Assembly: GCA_964603745.1 (NCBI GenBank)
Contig: CAZRWZ010000004.1
Coordinates: 1 to 32,933, forward strand
Direction: 5' to 3'
Source: an uncultured Bacteroidaceae bacterium
GTDB taxonomy: Bacteria; Bacteroidota; Bacteroidia; Bacteroidales; JAFGXI01
Length of the DNA: 32,933 nt
The position numbers were made by a program, and so were the translations under genes. Shown here in pieces: positions 22,329-31,772 of this stretch (the first letter of the stretch is position 1; each line of letters opens with the position of its first letter). A model generated the notes under the pieces. The model saw only the letters and a list, made by a program, of their open reading frames with translations, ran no database searches and was not told the origin of the DNA.

Positions 22329-24785
22329 TTATTTGGCTTCGCCTTTTACATAAGTTGTTTCATTAACTAATTTGCCCGATTCGCTATATTCTTGCCAAAC
22401 GCCATCTTTTTCATCTTGTATATATTTACCAAAATAATGTTTATTTCCATTCTTATAGAAACAGGTCCAAAAGCCATTTCTTAAACCTCTAGAGTAATAC
22501 CCTTCGCATTGTTTTTCTCCTGTTTCGTAAAATTCTGTCCATTTTCCGGCAGGTCCACCTTTGCTGTATGCTCCTTGGCTTTCTACATTACCATTATCAT
22601 AATATGTTTTCCACAAACCTATTTCAGCTCCATTTTTATAAACCCCCGAAATTCTTGTTTTGCCATCTTCGCTCCACTCAGTAAATTTGCCATTTAATTT
22701 GCCATTTAAATATCCCACAATAGATTTTCGTTGTCCGTTATCGTAATATTTAATAGTTTCGCCTGTGTTTACGCCTTTTACTATTGTTTCTTCTAATTTC
22801 TTTTTACCATTTTCATAAAAAGTCTGAATTTTACCGTTTTCTTTTCCATTAATATAATTTTTGATATATTTTATATTTCCGTTAGAATACCAAGCTTGCC
22901 ATTTTTCAACTTTTAATCCTTTAGAGTATTTGCCTTCGGTTCTTTTACTGCCATCTTCATACCACGAAGACCAAAGTCCATCTTTTTTATTTTCTAAAAA
23001 TATACCGTCAATTTTTTTCTGTCCACTTTTATAATAAATAATATATTGACCTTCTTCTTTGCCATGAATATAATTACTTATAATATTTTTCTGTCCTGTT
23101 TCGTACCAAGTATAATATTTACCTTCTTTTTTACCTTCAACATAAGTTCCTTCTAATTTTTTTTGTCCATTTTCATACCATTCTGCAAATTCTCCGTTTT
23201 TCACTCCTCCTTTAAAGTTTTCTACAGATCTTTTTTGCCTATTTTGATACCAAGAAACATGTAATCCTTCTTTTTTACCTTTGATATACAAACCTTTAAA
23301 GCTTACTCTCCCATCGGCATAATACGAAACATATTCACCATCTATTTGACCATCAACCCATGGTTCTTCGGCTTTTAATTCGCCTGTTTCAAACCACCAA
23401 ATCCAAATTCCGTCTTTTTTATCACCTTTGTATGTGCCTTCTACTTCTTTTGCTCCACTCTCGTAATTTCTTACAAATGTTTTATAATTAATAGAGCTTG
23501 ATTTAGTTCCATATTCGTCGTATATTTCCCAAACGCCTTCTTTTCTGTCGTTTTTATAAACTCCTTTCATAGCTATTTTACCATTTTCATGATAATAAGT
23601 ACCATTTCCATTTAATTTTCCTTCGGTACAAACTCCTTCGAAAGATTTTTTTCCACTATTATGCCATTCTATAACATTTCCTACTTTTAAATCATCTTTG
23701 TAGCTTGTTTCTCTTTTTTTATGTCCCGAATCATAATATTCTGTACACAATCCATCTCTTTTGCCCATTTTAATTGGAGCTTGTTTTAATATTTTTCCGT
23801 TTGGATACCACCATGTCCAAGTACCGTTTCTTTTCCCGTTTAAGAATTCGCCTTCTTTTATTTTCTCTCCATTTTCATACCACCAAATCCATTTCCCATT
23901 GGCAATATCATTTTTATATGTTTCTCTAAATTTTTCTTGACCGTTATCATACCACCATTTCCAAACGCCATCTTTTTTATCGTTTACAAATGTGCTAAAT
24001 TGCTGTAATCCCCCATTGGGAAAGAATTTTTTTACAGTTTTATATATTGTTTCTTTCTTTACCTTACCTGCTGTATCGTACTCTTTCCAAACGCCATCTT
24101 TATATCCTTTTACATAATTACCCTCTAATCTTTTTGCACCATTTTCATACCACTCTGTCCAAATCCCATTTAATGTGTCGTTTTTATAATGTTTTTCTAC
24201 TGATGTTTTACCATTTTCAAACCATTCTGTTTCAACACCATTTTTATATCCTTCTACATAATTATCTTGCTTAATTCTTTTTCCTGTTTCGTCATAATAA
24301 TCCCAAAAATCGTGTTTCTTTTTATCTTTAAATGTTCCTTCAACAGATATTTTCTTAGTTCCTTCAAAATACTCTATATGAGTTTCGTAGTTTCTCGTTT
24401 TCTGAGTTTTACCATACAATCCATACTCAATCCATTTACCTACTTTTCTACCATTTTTATATGTGCCTTCTTCTCTAATTTGTCCATAAGGATAATAAAA
24501 AACACCTTTTCCGGTAAGTTTGCCCGATTTATAAACCCCTTCAAATATTTTCAAGCCATCTTCATCGTATTGAATCCATTTTTTTTCTCTAAATCCATTT
24601 TTATAATAGCCTTCGTAATTTAGTTTTTTTGAAACTGTATATGCCTTACATTCTCCGGAATATGGCTTAGCATCTCCTTTTAAATACGATTTTCCATCAG
24701 CTCTAACTTCTAATTGCGACAAACTAATTTGCGAATAAATTAGCGTAGAAATCAATAATAATGAAATACTTATAAAATTCTTCAT
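22329..24785 (-). CDS. secreted MORN-variant (MORN_2 / YwqK-like) repeat protein, 818 aa
   Basis: Signal peptide MKNFISISLLLISTLIYS|Q. Almost the entire remaining length is ~23-aa repeats of the type G-x-W-x-x-W/Y-Y-E-N-G-Q/K-K-x-x-E-G-x-Y-x-x-G-K-K-x, for example GEFAEWYENGQKKLEGTYVEGKKEGKYYTWYETGQK. Confidence 0.92.
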   Translation of the reverse strand: MKNFISISLLLISTLIYSQISLSQLEVRADGKSYLKGDAKPYSGECKAYTVSKKLNYEGYYKNGFREKKWIQYDEDGLKIFEGVYKSGKLTGKGVFYYPYGQIREEGTYKNGRKVGKWIEYGLYGKTQKTRNYETHIEYFEGTKKISVEGTFKDKKKHDFWDYYDETGKRIKQDNYVEGYKNGVETEWFENGKTSVEKHYKNDTLNGIWTEWYENGAKRLEGNYVKGYKDGVWKEYDTAGKVKKETIYKTVKKFFPNGGLQQFSTFVNDKKDGVWKWWYDNGQEKFRETYKNDIANGKWIWWYENGEKIKEGEFLNGKRNGTWTWWYPNGKILKQAPIKMGKRDGLCTEYYDSGHKKRETSYKDDLKVGNVIEWHNSGKKSFEGVCTEGKLNGNGTYYHENGKIAMKGVYKNDRKEGVWEIYDEYGTKSSSINYKTFVRNYESGAKEVEGTYKGDKKDGIWIWWFETGELKAEEPWVDGQIDGEYVSYYADGRVSFKGLYIKGKKEGLHVSWYQNRQKRSVENFKGGVKNGEFAEWYENGQKKLEGTYVEGKKEGKYYTWYETGQKNIISNYIHGKEEGQYIIYYKSGQKKIDGIFLENKKDGLWSSWYEDGSKRTEGKYSKGLKVEKWQAWYSNGNIKYIKNYINGKENGKIQTFYENGKKKLEETIVKGVNTGETIKYYDNGQRKSIVGYLNGKLNGKFTEWSEDGKTRISGVYKNGAEIGLWKTYYDNGNVESQGAYSKGGPAGKWTEFYETGEKQCEGYYSRGLRNGFWTCFYKNGNKHYFGKYIQDEKDGVWQEYSESGKLVNETTYVKGEAK

Positions 24786-24907
24786 TTCTTTATTTTTTAG
24801 GTGGTTTTCTTAATTAATACAAATATTTTTTTGCTTTGTAAATTTACAATTTATTTAAAACTTTTGACACATATATCTAATAAAAAATTATAATTTTGTC
24901 TGTAATT

Positions 24908-25642
24908 ATGAATATTATTACCAAACTTGATAAAATTTTTATTGATAAAATTGATAAAAAAATTGGAAAAACCATTAATGATAACACTCTTATCAACGAA
25001 GGAGACAAAGTTTTAGTGGCTATTTCGGGCGGAAAAGATTCTCTTGTTTTATTAGATGCACTTTGGCGAAGATTAAAATTTATACCTATTAAATATAATA
25101 TTATTGCGGTTCATGTTAGCTTGGTAGGACTATCATACGAAATTGATAAAGACACAATTAAAACTTTTTGCAAACAAAGAAATATAGAGTTTAAAATTAT
25201 TGAAGAAAAAGTTGATATTAGCTTAAGTAACAAATCGCCATGTTTTATTTGTTCTAGTACAAGACGCAAATTATTGTTTGAATTTGCTAGTAATAATAAT
25301 TGTAACAAACTTGCTTTTGGTCATCATATGGACGATGCTGTTGAAACTCTATTAATGAATATGATGTATCATTCAAACATTAGTTCTATTCCTTACTGTG
25401 TAAATATGTTTGATGGTAAATTTCAGATAATAAGACCTTTGCTAAGGATAAGAAATAGTGAAACATTGAAATATTCAGAGATTTTTAATTATCCCAAAAT
25501 GAAAAGTTTATGTAGTTTCGAGGATAAAACCAAACGCAAATTAGCATCAAACATAATAAATATTATGGAAAATAATAATAAAAACAGCATAAGTAGTATA
25601 TTTGCATCAATGAAAAATATTGATAAAGACTATTTACCATAA
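24908..25642 (+). CDS. ttcA: TtcA-family PP-loop ATPase (tRNA 2-thiocytidine synthetase-like)
   Basis: PP-loop VAISGGKDSLVLL, Cys motif SPCFICSSTRRKLLF, GHHMDD motif, ~245 aa. The track start TTG 24896 sits inside a TAATTTTG -7-like box (24891-24898), so I prefer the ATG at 24908 (MNIITKLDK...). Confidence 0.8.
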   Translation: MNIITKLDKIFIDKIDKKIGKTINDNTLINEGDKVLVAISGGKDSLVLLDALWRRLKFIPIKYNIIAVHVSLVGLSYEIDKDTIKTFCKQRNIEFKIIEEKVDISLSNKSPCFICSSTRRKLLFEFASNNNCNKLAFGHHMDDAVETLLMNMMYHSNISSIPYCVNMFDGKFQIIRPLLRIRNSETLKYSEIFNYPKMKSLCSFEDKTKRKLASNIINIMENNNKNSISSIFASMKNIDKDYLP

Positions 25643-25681
25643 AAATTATTAGTTAAATTTTTAACTTCAATTATACAAAAT

Positions 25682-26377
25682 ATGGATAATTCTAAGAAAA
25701 TACTTTTAGTTGATGATGATAAGGATATTATCGAATTTTTAGATTACAATCTTAAGAAAGAGGGATTTACAACCAAAACGGCTAACAATGGTGACGAAGC
25801 AATTAAAATAGCTAAAAGTTTTTTGCCTGATTTAATTATTTTAGATGTTATGATGTCGGGTAAAGATGGTATCGAAACTTGTGAAATAATTAGAACTATT
25901 CCTGAATTAAACAATCCGCTAATTGCAATGCTTACAGCAAGAGGCGAAGATTATTCTCAAATTGCAGGTTTCGAAGCCGGAGCTGACGATTATATTACAA
26001 AACCTATAAAACCAAAACTATTAATTAGCAGAATTAAAGCTTTGTTAAAACGAAGAAATTCTAATTTAGCTCATAAAATTTCGGAACAAAACGAATTAAT
26101 TAAAATTGGTAATATTGAAATTGACAAAGAAAGATATATTGTAAGAAAAAATGCTACTGATTTAATATTACCCAGAAAAGTATTTGAACTTTTAGTTTTG
26201 CTAGTATCAATACCTGGCAAAGTATTTACCAGAGATGAAATTTACGATAATATTTGGGGCGATGCAATAGTTGTTGGAGATAGAACTATTGACGTGCATA
26301 TAAGAAAATTACGTGAGAAAATTGGCGACGACTTAATTAAAACAGTAAAAGGCGTAGGCTATAAATTTTCGGGATAA
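25682..26377 (+). CDS. OmpR/PhoB-family response regulator (receiver + winged-helix)
   Basis: Receiver motifs KILLVDDDKDI, DLIILDVMMSGKDG, LTARGE...GADDYITKP. C-terminal Trans_reg_C motifs VFTRDEIYDNIWGD...DRTIDVHIRKLREKIGD...IKTVKGVGYKF. No histidine kinase gene is in the window. Confidence 0.95.
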   Translation: MDNSKKILLVDDDKDIIEFLDYNLKKEGFTTKTANNGDEAIKIAKSFLPDLIILDVMMSGKDGIETCEIIRTIPELNNPLIAMLTARGEDYSQIAGFEAGADDYITKPIKPKLLISRIKALLKRRNSNLAHKISEQNELIKIGNIEIDKERYIVRKNATDLILPRKVFELLVLLVSIPGKVFTRDEIYDNIWGDAIVVGDRTIDVHIRKLREKIGDDLIKTVKGVGYKFSG

Positions 26378-26513
26378 TCTCTTAAATCTGTAATTAAATA
26401 TACTCAAAACACATAGCTTTTCGGGTTTTATTCTTTTTGTTAGTATCTTTGCCTTAAACTGTGTTGTTTTTTTTCATAATTAGAAAACCAAATTTATTAA
26501 TTAATAAAAAATA

Positions 26514-27281
26514 ATGAAGTCTATATTTTTAACAATTATTTTAGGATTATCGTTTCTTTCAAACAATCAAACCCTTGTAATAGAACAAGATTTCGATTAT
26601 TTTGAAATAAATATTATGACTGATATTTATACCGTTAAAAATAATATTATAACAAAATTCGATAGCAAAGGAAAACAAAAATTTCAATATTCAAACTACC
26701 GACACGGAAATGTTTATTCTTTAGATTGCAGCGACCCAATGCGTATTTTAGCATTCTACAAAGAATTTAATCAAGTAGTTTTTTTAGATAATACATTGTC
26801 AGAGCTTTCGGGTTTTTTAAACTTAGATAATATTTATGTTAACGAAACACATGCTGTATGCAGCTCATCTACAGGTGGATTTTGGCTTTTTAATTCCAAT
26901 CAGTATAAACTGCAAAAATATAGTGCTACACTTAAATTAGTGCAAGAAGGAACAAATATGGAAGGGGTTATTGATAGGAATTTAAACCCCGATTTTTTAG
27001 ATGAACAAGGCAATAATATTTATTTAGGATTTAAAGATAAAGGTGTTTATGTTTTTGATATTTTCGGCACTTACAAAAAATTCATACCTGTTGTTTATAC
27101 AAATAGCATACAGGTAGTTAACCAAGAAATTTATTATTACAAAGATTCTATTTACAAATATAATATTAAAGATTTTGAGACTACTGTGTTAGATATTCCA
27201 ATAGAAAAATTTACTTCTTTTAATCTTGTTAACAACAAGTTGTATGTAGGTGATAATCATAAAATAACAAAAATAGATTGA
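26514..27281 (+). CDS. hypothetical secreted protein
   Basis: 255-aa ORF with an N-terminal signal-like segment MKSIFLTIILGLSFLSNNQ. Composition is beta-rich and Y/N/F-rich. I recognise no motif. Confidence 0.75.
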   Translation: MKSIFLTIILGLSFLSNNQTLVIEQDFDYFEINIMTDIYTVKNNIITKFDSKGKQKFQYSNYRHGNVYSLDCSDPMRILAFYKEFNQVVFLDNTLSELSGFLNLDNIYVNETHAVCSSSTGGFWLFNSNQYKLQKYSATLKLVQEGTNMEGVIDRNLNPDFLDEQGNNIYLGFKDKGVYVFDIFGTYKKFIPVVYTNSIQVVNQEIYYYKDSIYKYNIKDFETTVLDIPIEKFTSFNLVNNKLYVGDNHKITKID

Positions 27282-27967
27282 AAAAAATAATTTACATATT
27301 TTTAGTTTTTATTCTTTTACTATCGTGTAAAAAAAATGAAATTAAAGAAAGTATAGCTTATCCTAATTATTATCCAAATAATATAGGCAAATCTTTAATT
27401 TATGATGTTGTTGAAATTAATATTGATGCCGATGTAAATGTTTTTGACACATTAAGATACGAGCTAAAAGAATATTTTGATTCTGCATACACAGACCAAG
27501 CAGGAAATAAAAATATAAGATTAAAAAGAAGTATCAAAAATAAAAATGACAGTGTTTGGCATATATTAAATATTTGGTATGTTTCTATCACTAAAAATGC
27601 TATAGAAAAAACAGAAAATAATTATAGATACAAAAGATTATTATTACCATTACAACTTAACTCTAAATGGGACGGTAATATTTACAACACAATATCGGAA
27701 CAAATATATGAGATAACAAAAATTAATGAACCGATGCAAATTGCAAATACAGATTTCAACAAAGTTTGTGTTGTTTTGCAAAATGATTACGAAGATTTAA
27801 TAGAAAAATATTATTCTACAGAAATTTATGCCGAGAATATTGGACTAGTTTATCGAGAAAATATTAATATTAAAGAAATGATACCACTACCCGGCAGCCC
27901 CTATCCCGAAAGAATTAAAATTGGGAATATCTATACACAAACATTTAAGGAAACTTCTAAGAATTAA
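27278..27967 (+). CDS. hypothetical lipoprotein (TTG start, 4-nt overlap with upstream gene)
   Basis: TTG at 27278 overlaps the upstream TGA stop (TTGA). It opens MKKIIYIFLVFILLLS|CKKNE, a textbook lipoprotein signal. There is no in-frame ATG near the N-terminus, so TTG is the only start that keeps the signal peptide. Confidence 0.8.
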   Translation: MKKIIYIFLVFILLLSCKKNEIKESIAYPNYYPNNIGKSLIYDVVEINIDADVNVFDTLRYELKEYFDSAYTDQAGNKNIRLKRSIKNKNDSVWHILNIWYVSITKNAIEKTENNYRYKRLLLPLQLNSKWDGNIYNTISEQIYEITKINEPMQIANTDFNKVCVVLQNDYEDLIEKYYSTEIYAENIGLVYRENINIKEMIPLPGSPYPERIKIGNIYTQTFKETSKN

Positions 27968-27986
27968 TTTTTCAACAATATTTTTA

Positions 27987-29783
27987 TTACGAATCGTCTT
28001 TATTTATATCATCGCCACGTAATTCTCTAAATTTTTTGCGTGCTTCGGTTGAGTAATAGCTATCGGGGTGTTCTATCATTATTCTTTTATAAAGTTTCAT
28101 AGCTTTTTCGTAATTCTTTAGAATATAATATTGAATTTCTGCTTGTTTATACAAAGCGTCATCAGCTAAAATATCAAATTCATAATTATCAGAAACTTGG
28201 GTATAATAATCTAAACTTTTAAGATAATTAGTGTTTCTATATTCTATCTCACCTTTCATAAATAAAACCTCGTCAATTATAGAGTTTGAAGGATATAAAT
28301 CCTGAATTGTATCTAATGTTATAAATGCTAAACTGTCGTTTTTTGTATAAATAAAAAAATCGGCTCTAGAGTATAGTTTCAGTGCTTTTCCTGTTGAATC
28401 GGCTTCTAAATTTTCTGATATTAATGATGAAAGCTGAAATGCATCGTTAGAAATTAGTTTAGATGTTGCTGCCTTCAACACATTTAGTTGTGCCAATGCC
28501 CATTCAAATTCGCCTGTATAATAGGCAAGTTTTGCTTTTCTAAATCTTGCTTCGTGACCTATTGGGTTATTCTTGTTATCCTGTTCAACCTGTGCATAAT
28601 ATATTGTTGCATTCCATTCCTCTTGTTTTAATAAATAAATATCGCCTAATGTTAATTTAGCTCTATTAATTAAATTTATTTTTATACTCGGTATTTTTAT
28701 GGCATCTTCTAAAATATTAATTGCTTCGGAATATTCTCTTTTATAAAATGCCTTTAGTTTAGCATAATTTACAATTATTTGAAAACTATTTTTGTTTTTG
28801 CCAAGTTCATCTATTGTTTCAGAAAATAGTTGTTCTAGTTTTATTACCTCTTCTTTTGTAGGAGTTGTTTCTGTTATTTTATGAAATAAAACTTCGCTCA
28901 GTTCTGTTTTTGCAAAAGAATAATATACTCTATCGCTCCCCAAATCAATTATATAATTAAAACAATCTATAGCTGTTTTATAATCCTTGTTTTCAGCAGC
29001 AAGTTTTCCTAAAATGTATAATCGTTCTCCGTCTTCTTTGTTACGTTTATCGAGAGCTTTGCTTTGAACAAACGCACTATAAAAATCTTTTTCTTGAATA
29101 TAAAGCCAAATAAGCAATTCTTGAAACACATCATTTTTAGGGTTCTTTTGTATTTTTAGTATAAGATTTTTCTTTAAAACTTCGTTTAAATCTTTGTCTT
29201 TTGCTATATAAACAGCCGATTGTAAACGAGATTGAATAGAATTTAAATAACTTCTGTTTATTTCTAATAAACTTAAATATTCGTTTATCATTTTATCGTA
29301 ATCGTGCAAATACAGATAAATATTAGCAAGTTCATAATTAAAAGTATAAGTTCCATTTAACAATTTTCGTCCTTTTATATATGTTTTTTCTGCCCACTCA
29401 TACTCTCGTTTATAAATAAAAGCATTTGCTAAATTACTTACTACATTGTATGTAGGTTTAAGCTTTTTTATTGCTATTTCGTATTGTTGATTTGCTTTAT
29501 CCTCTAGCCCTTGTGCCTTATACACATTTCCTAAATCAACATATAATGATAAATTAGTTTTATTTTTTTTTATCTCTTTTTTTATCTCTTTTTCAATTTC
29601 GGCAAAGCGTTTTAGCTCAATCATACAATTAATATAATATGTATGATATGTTTGCGAGTTTGTTGTTGTATAAAGCTTTTTATATAAAACTAAAGCTTTT
29701 TCGTAATCTTGTTCGCTATAATATTGATGTGCAATACGGCTATCGCTACTAATATTCTGAGAAATAGATATTAATGAAAACAA
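27987..29783 (-). CDS. TPR-repeat protein (probably exported; true start likely upstream of the listed TTG)
   Basis: Repeated TPR-like 34-aa units occur throughout (..YYSEQDYEKALVLYKKLY.., ..YKAQGLEDKANQQYEIAIK.., ..YYILKNYEKAMKLYKRIMIEHPDS..). The frame stays open upstream to 29825 and encodes the missing half of a signal peptide. See the finding on a possible ATT start at 29819. Confidence 0.88.
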   Translation of the reverse strand: MFSLISISQNISSDSRIAHQYYSEQDYEKALVLYKKLYTTTNSQTYHTYYINCMIELKRFAEIEKEIKKEIKKNKTNLSLYVDLGNVYKAQGLEDKANQQYEIAIKKLKPTYNVVSNLANAFIYKREYEWAEKTYIKGRKLLNGTYTFNYELANIYLYLHDYDKMINEYLSLLEINRSYLNSIQSRLQSAVYIAKDKDLNEVLKKNLILKIQKNPKNDVFQELLIWLYIQEKDFYSAFVQSKALDKRNKEDGERLYILGKLAAENKDYKTAIDCFNYIIDLGSDRVYYSFAKTELSEVLFHKITETTPTKEEVIKLEQLFSETIDELGKNKNSFQIIVNYAKLKAFYKREYSEAINILEDAIKIPSIKINLINRAKLTLGDIYLLKQEEWNATIYYAQVEQDNKNNPIGHEARFRKAKLAYYTGEFEWALAQLNVLKAATSKLISNDAFQLSSLISENLEADSTGKALKLYSRADFFIYTKNDSLAFITLDTIQDLYPSNSIIDEVLFMKGEIEYRNTNYLKSLDYYTQVSDNYEFDILADDALYKQAEIQYYILKNYEKAMKLYKRIMIEHPDSYYSTEARKKFRELRGDDINKDDS

Positions 29784-29818
29784 TAACAGACCATATGTTA
29801 TAACTAATTTTTTAATAA

Positions 29819-30367
29819 TTAATGTTTAACAGTATTTTTTAAACTATCAATATATTGATTTACAATAGGTTTTGTTCTGTCGTATTTATCAATAATTTGA
29901 TTACTAATTTCTAATTGTATATTAACTTTTTTGTTTAAAGCATCAACGGCATTTACCTCATCTTTCAGATATATCCTTAAACTATCAAGTTCTACTACAT
30001 TGTTATTAATATCTGTTATTAGGTTTTTTATTTGATTTTCGGAATATTCAATCTCTTTATCATAGCCCTGTTTAAAGAATTTTTTTGCAATATGTGCTGC
30101 ATCGCTATAAATATCATATGCTTTTTTCCATTCTTTATTTTCAGGAAAAACATTAGTATAGCTCATAATTGTATCTATATCTTGCATCATTGTATCATAA
30201 AGCAAAGAAATTTTATTACTATTAATTTCTTTTAAATTAGTTTTAATACTTACCAAAGTGTCTTTTAAATTATCAAGTTTTTTAATACTTGTATCATATT
30301 CTTTATTGATACATGAAAATAAAGAAATACTTAAAACTAAAGCTACAATAATTTTTAAATTTTTCAT
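29819..30367 (-). CDS. hypothetical coiled-coil lipoprotein
   Basis: MKNLKIIVALVLSISLFS|CINKEYD lipoprotein signal, followed by a heptad-like K/E/L/I/N-rich helical sequence. It starts 11 nt downstream of the serS stop, on the same strand. Confidence 0.8.
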   Translation of the reverse strand: MKNLKIIVALVLSISLFSCINKEYDTSIKKLDNLKDTLVSIKTNLKEINSNKISLLYDTMMQDIDTIMSYTNVFPENKEWKKAYDIYSDAAHIAKKFFKQGYDKEIEYSENQIKNLITDINNNVVELDSLRIYLKDEVNAVDALNKKVNIQLEISNQIIDKYDRTKPIVNQYIDSLKNTVKH

Positions 30368-30378
30368 AGTACTAATTT

Positions 30379-31653
30379 TTAATCTAAATATTCAAATCCT
30401 ACGTAAGACACAAGTGCTTTAGGAATTTTTATTCCTTTTTCTGTTTGATTATTTTCTAACAAAGCAGCCAAAATACGTGGCAAAGCCAAAGCACTTCCGT
30501 TTAAAGTATGACAAAGTTTTGTTTTTTTCTCGCCTTTTTCTTTATATCTTAACTTTAAACGGTTTGCCTGATAATCTTCAAAATTAGAAATTGAGCTAAC
30601 CTCAAGCCATTTGTCTTGTGCCGAAGAAAACACCTCAAAATCGTATGTTAATGATGATGTAAAACTTAAATCGCCACCACAAAGTAATAAAATACGATAC
30701 GGTAGTTCTAATTTCTGAATTAAAGTTTCTACATAATCAACCATTTCTGTTAATGTTTCTGCCGATTTTTCGGGATGTTGTACCTGAACAATCTCTACCT
30801 TATCAAACTGGTGTAAACGATTTAATCCACGAACATCTTTTCCGTAAGAACCTGCCTCACGTCTAAAACAAGGTGTGTAGGCAGTGCTTTTTATTGGAAA
30901 ATCTTCTGATGACAAAATCACATCTCTAAAAATATTTGTTACAGGAACTTCGGCTGTTGGAATAAGATAAAGATTATCTTCTGTTACGTGATACATCTGA
31001 CCTTCTTTATCAGGCAATTGTCCTGTACCAAAACCAGAGGCTTCGTTTACCATCAATGGAGGGATAATTTCGTTGTATCCTGCTTTTGATGCCTCATCTA
31101 AAAAGAAATTTATTAATCCACGTTGCAAACGGGCACCTTTTCCTTTGTAAACAGGAAAACCTGCTCCTGTAATCTTTACTCCTAAATCGAAGTCGATTAT
31201 ATCATATTTTTTTGCTAATTCCCAATGTGGTAATTTATTGGTATCGGCATTTAACTGAAATTTGCCTGTTTTAATAATTTTGTTATCCTCATCGCTTTTT
31301 CCTGCGGGAACAATTTCGTTAGGGATATTTGGTATAAGAACCATTTTCTCGTTAAGTTCTTCTTCTATTTTATTTAAACTATCTTGCGTTTGTTTTATAT
31401 TCTCTTTTAACTCGCTTGTTTGCTGTTTAATTTTATTTGCTTCTTCTTGCTTTCCTTCTTTAAAAAGCATTCCTATTTGCTTCGATAAAGAATTCATCTC
31501 AGCTAATTTATTATCGCTTTCAGCTTTCTGGCTTCTACGCTCAGTATCAAGCATAATAATGTCTTTAACAAGTTCTTCTGCATCAAAATTCTTAATTTTT
31601 AGCAAATCAACTAACTTGTCTTGGTTTTCTTTAATATAATTTATTGTTAGCAT
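30379..31653 (-). CDS. serS: serine--tRNA ligase
   Basis: 424 aa. N-terminal coiled-coil arm. Class II motif 2 TPCFRREAGSYGKDVRGLNRLHQFDKVE and motif 3 HTLNGSALALPRILAALLEN. Confidence 0.97.
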   Translation of the reverse strand: MLTINYIKENQDKLVDLLKIKNFDAEELVKDIIMLDTERRSQKAESDNKLAEMNSLSKQIGMLFKEGKQEEANKIKQQTSELKENIKQTQDSLNKIEEELNEKMVLIPNIPNEIVPAGKSDEDNKIIKTGKFQLNADTNKLPHWELAKKYDIIDFDLGVKITGAGFPVYKGKGARLQRGLINFFLDEASKAGYNEIIPPLMVNEASGFGTGQLPDKEGQMYHVTEDNLYLIPTAEVPVTNIFRDVILSSEDFPIKSTAYTPCFRREAGSYGKDVRGLNRLHQFDKVEIVQVQHPEKSAETLTEMVDYVETLIQKLELPYRILLLCGGDLSFTSSLTYDFEVFSSAQDKWLEVSSISNFEDYQANRLKLRYKEKGEKKTKLCHTLNGSALALPRILAALLENNQTEKGIKIPKALVSYVGFEYLD

Positions 31654-31772
31654 CTTATTCTTTTAATAAATGTCAATTTTCTACAAAAATAATAATAAGT
31701 ACTTAGTAAAAAAGTATTATCTATGTTAAAATGTCTTTCTAAATTCTATAAGAAATTTAAAAAAACAAAAAA

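Noticed and set aside
29563-29595. Tandem 12-nt duplication tatctctttttt / tatctcttttt in the TPR gene
   Set aside because: It corresponds to the in-frame low-complexity stretch KEIKKEIKK. It is likely simple slippage of no functional significance.
849-31639. Other antisense or overlapping track ORFs: 655..837, 849..1058, 1045..1341, 2396..2611, 2637..2876, 11514..11753, 13661..13900, 14345..14654, 14872..15063, 17137..17373, 19219..19413, 21131..21472, 22168..22353, 22509..22697, 24047..24623, 25111..25308, 27400..27591, 30032..30235, 31262..31639
   Set aside because: Each overlaps a much longer ORF with recognisable family motifs or a signal peptide. Sequences are low-complexity. They are treated as shadow ORFs.
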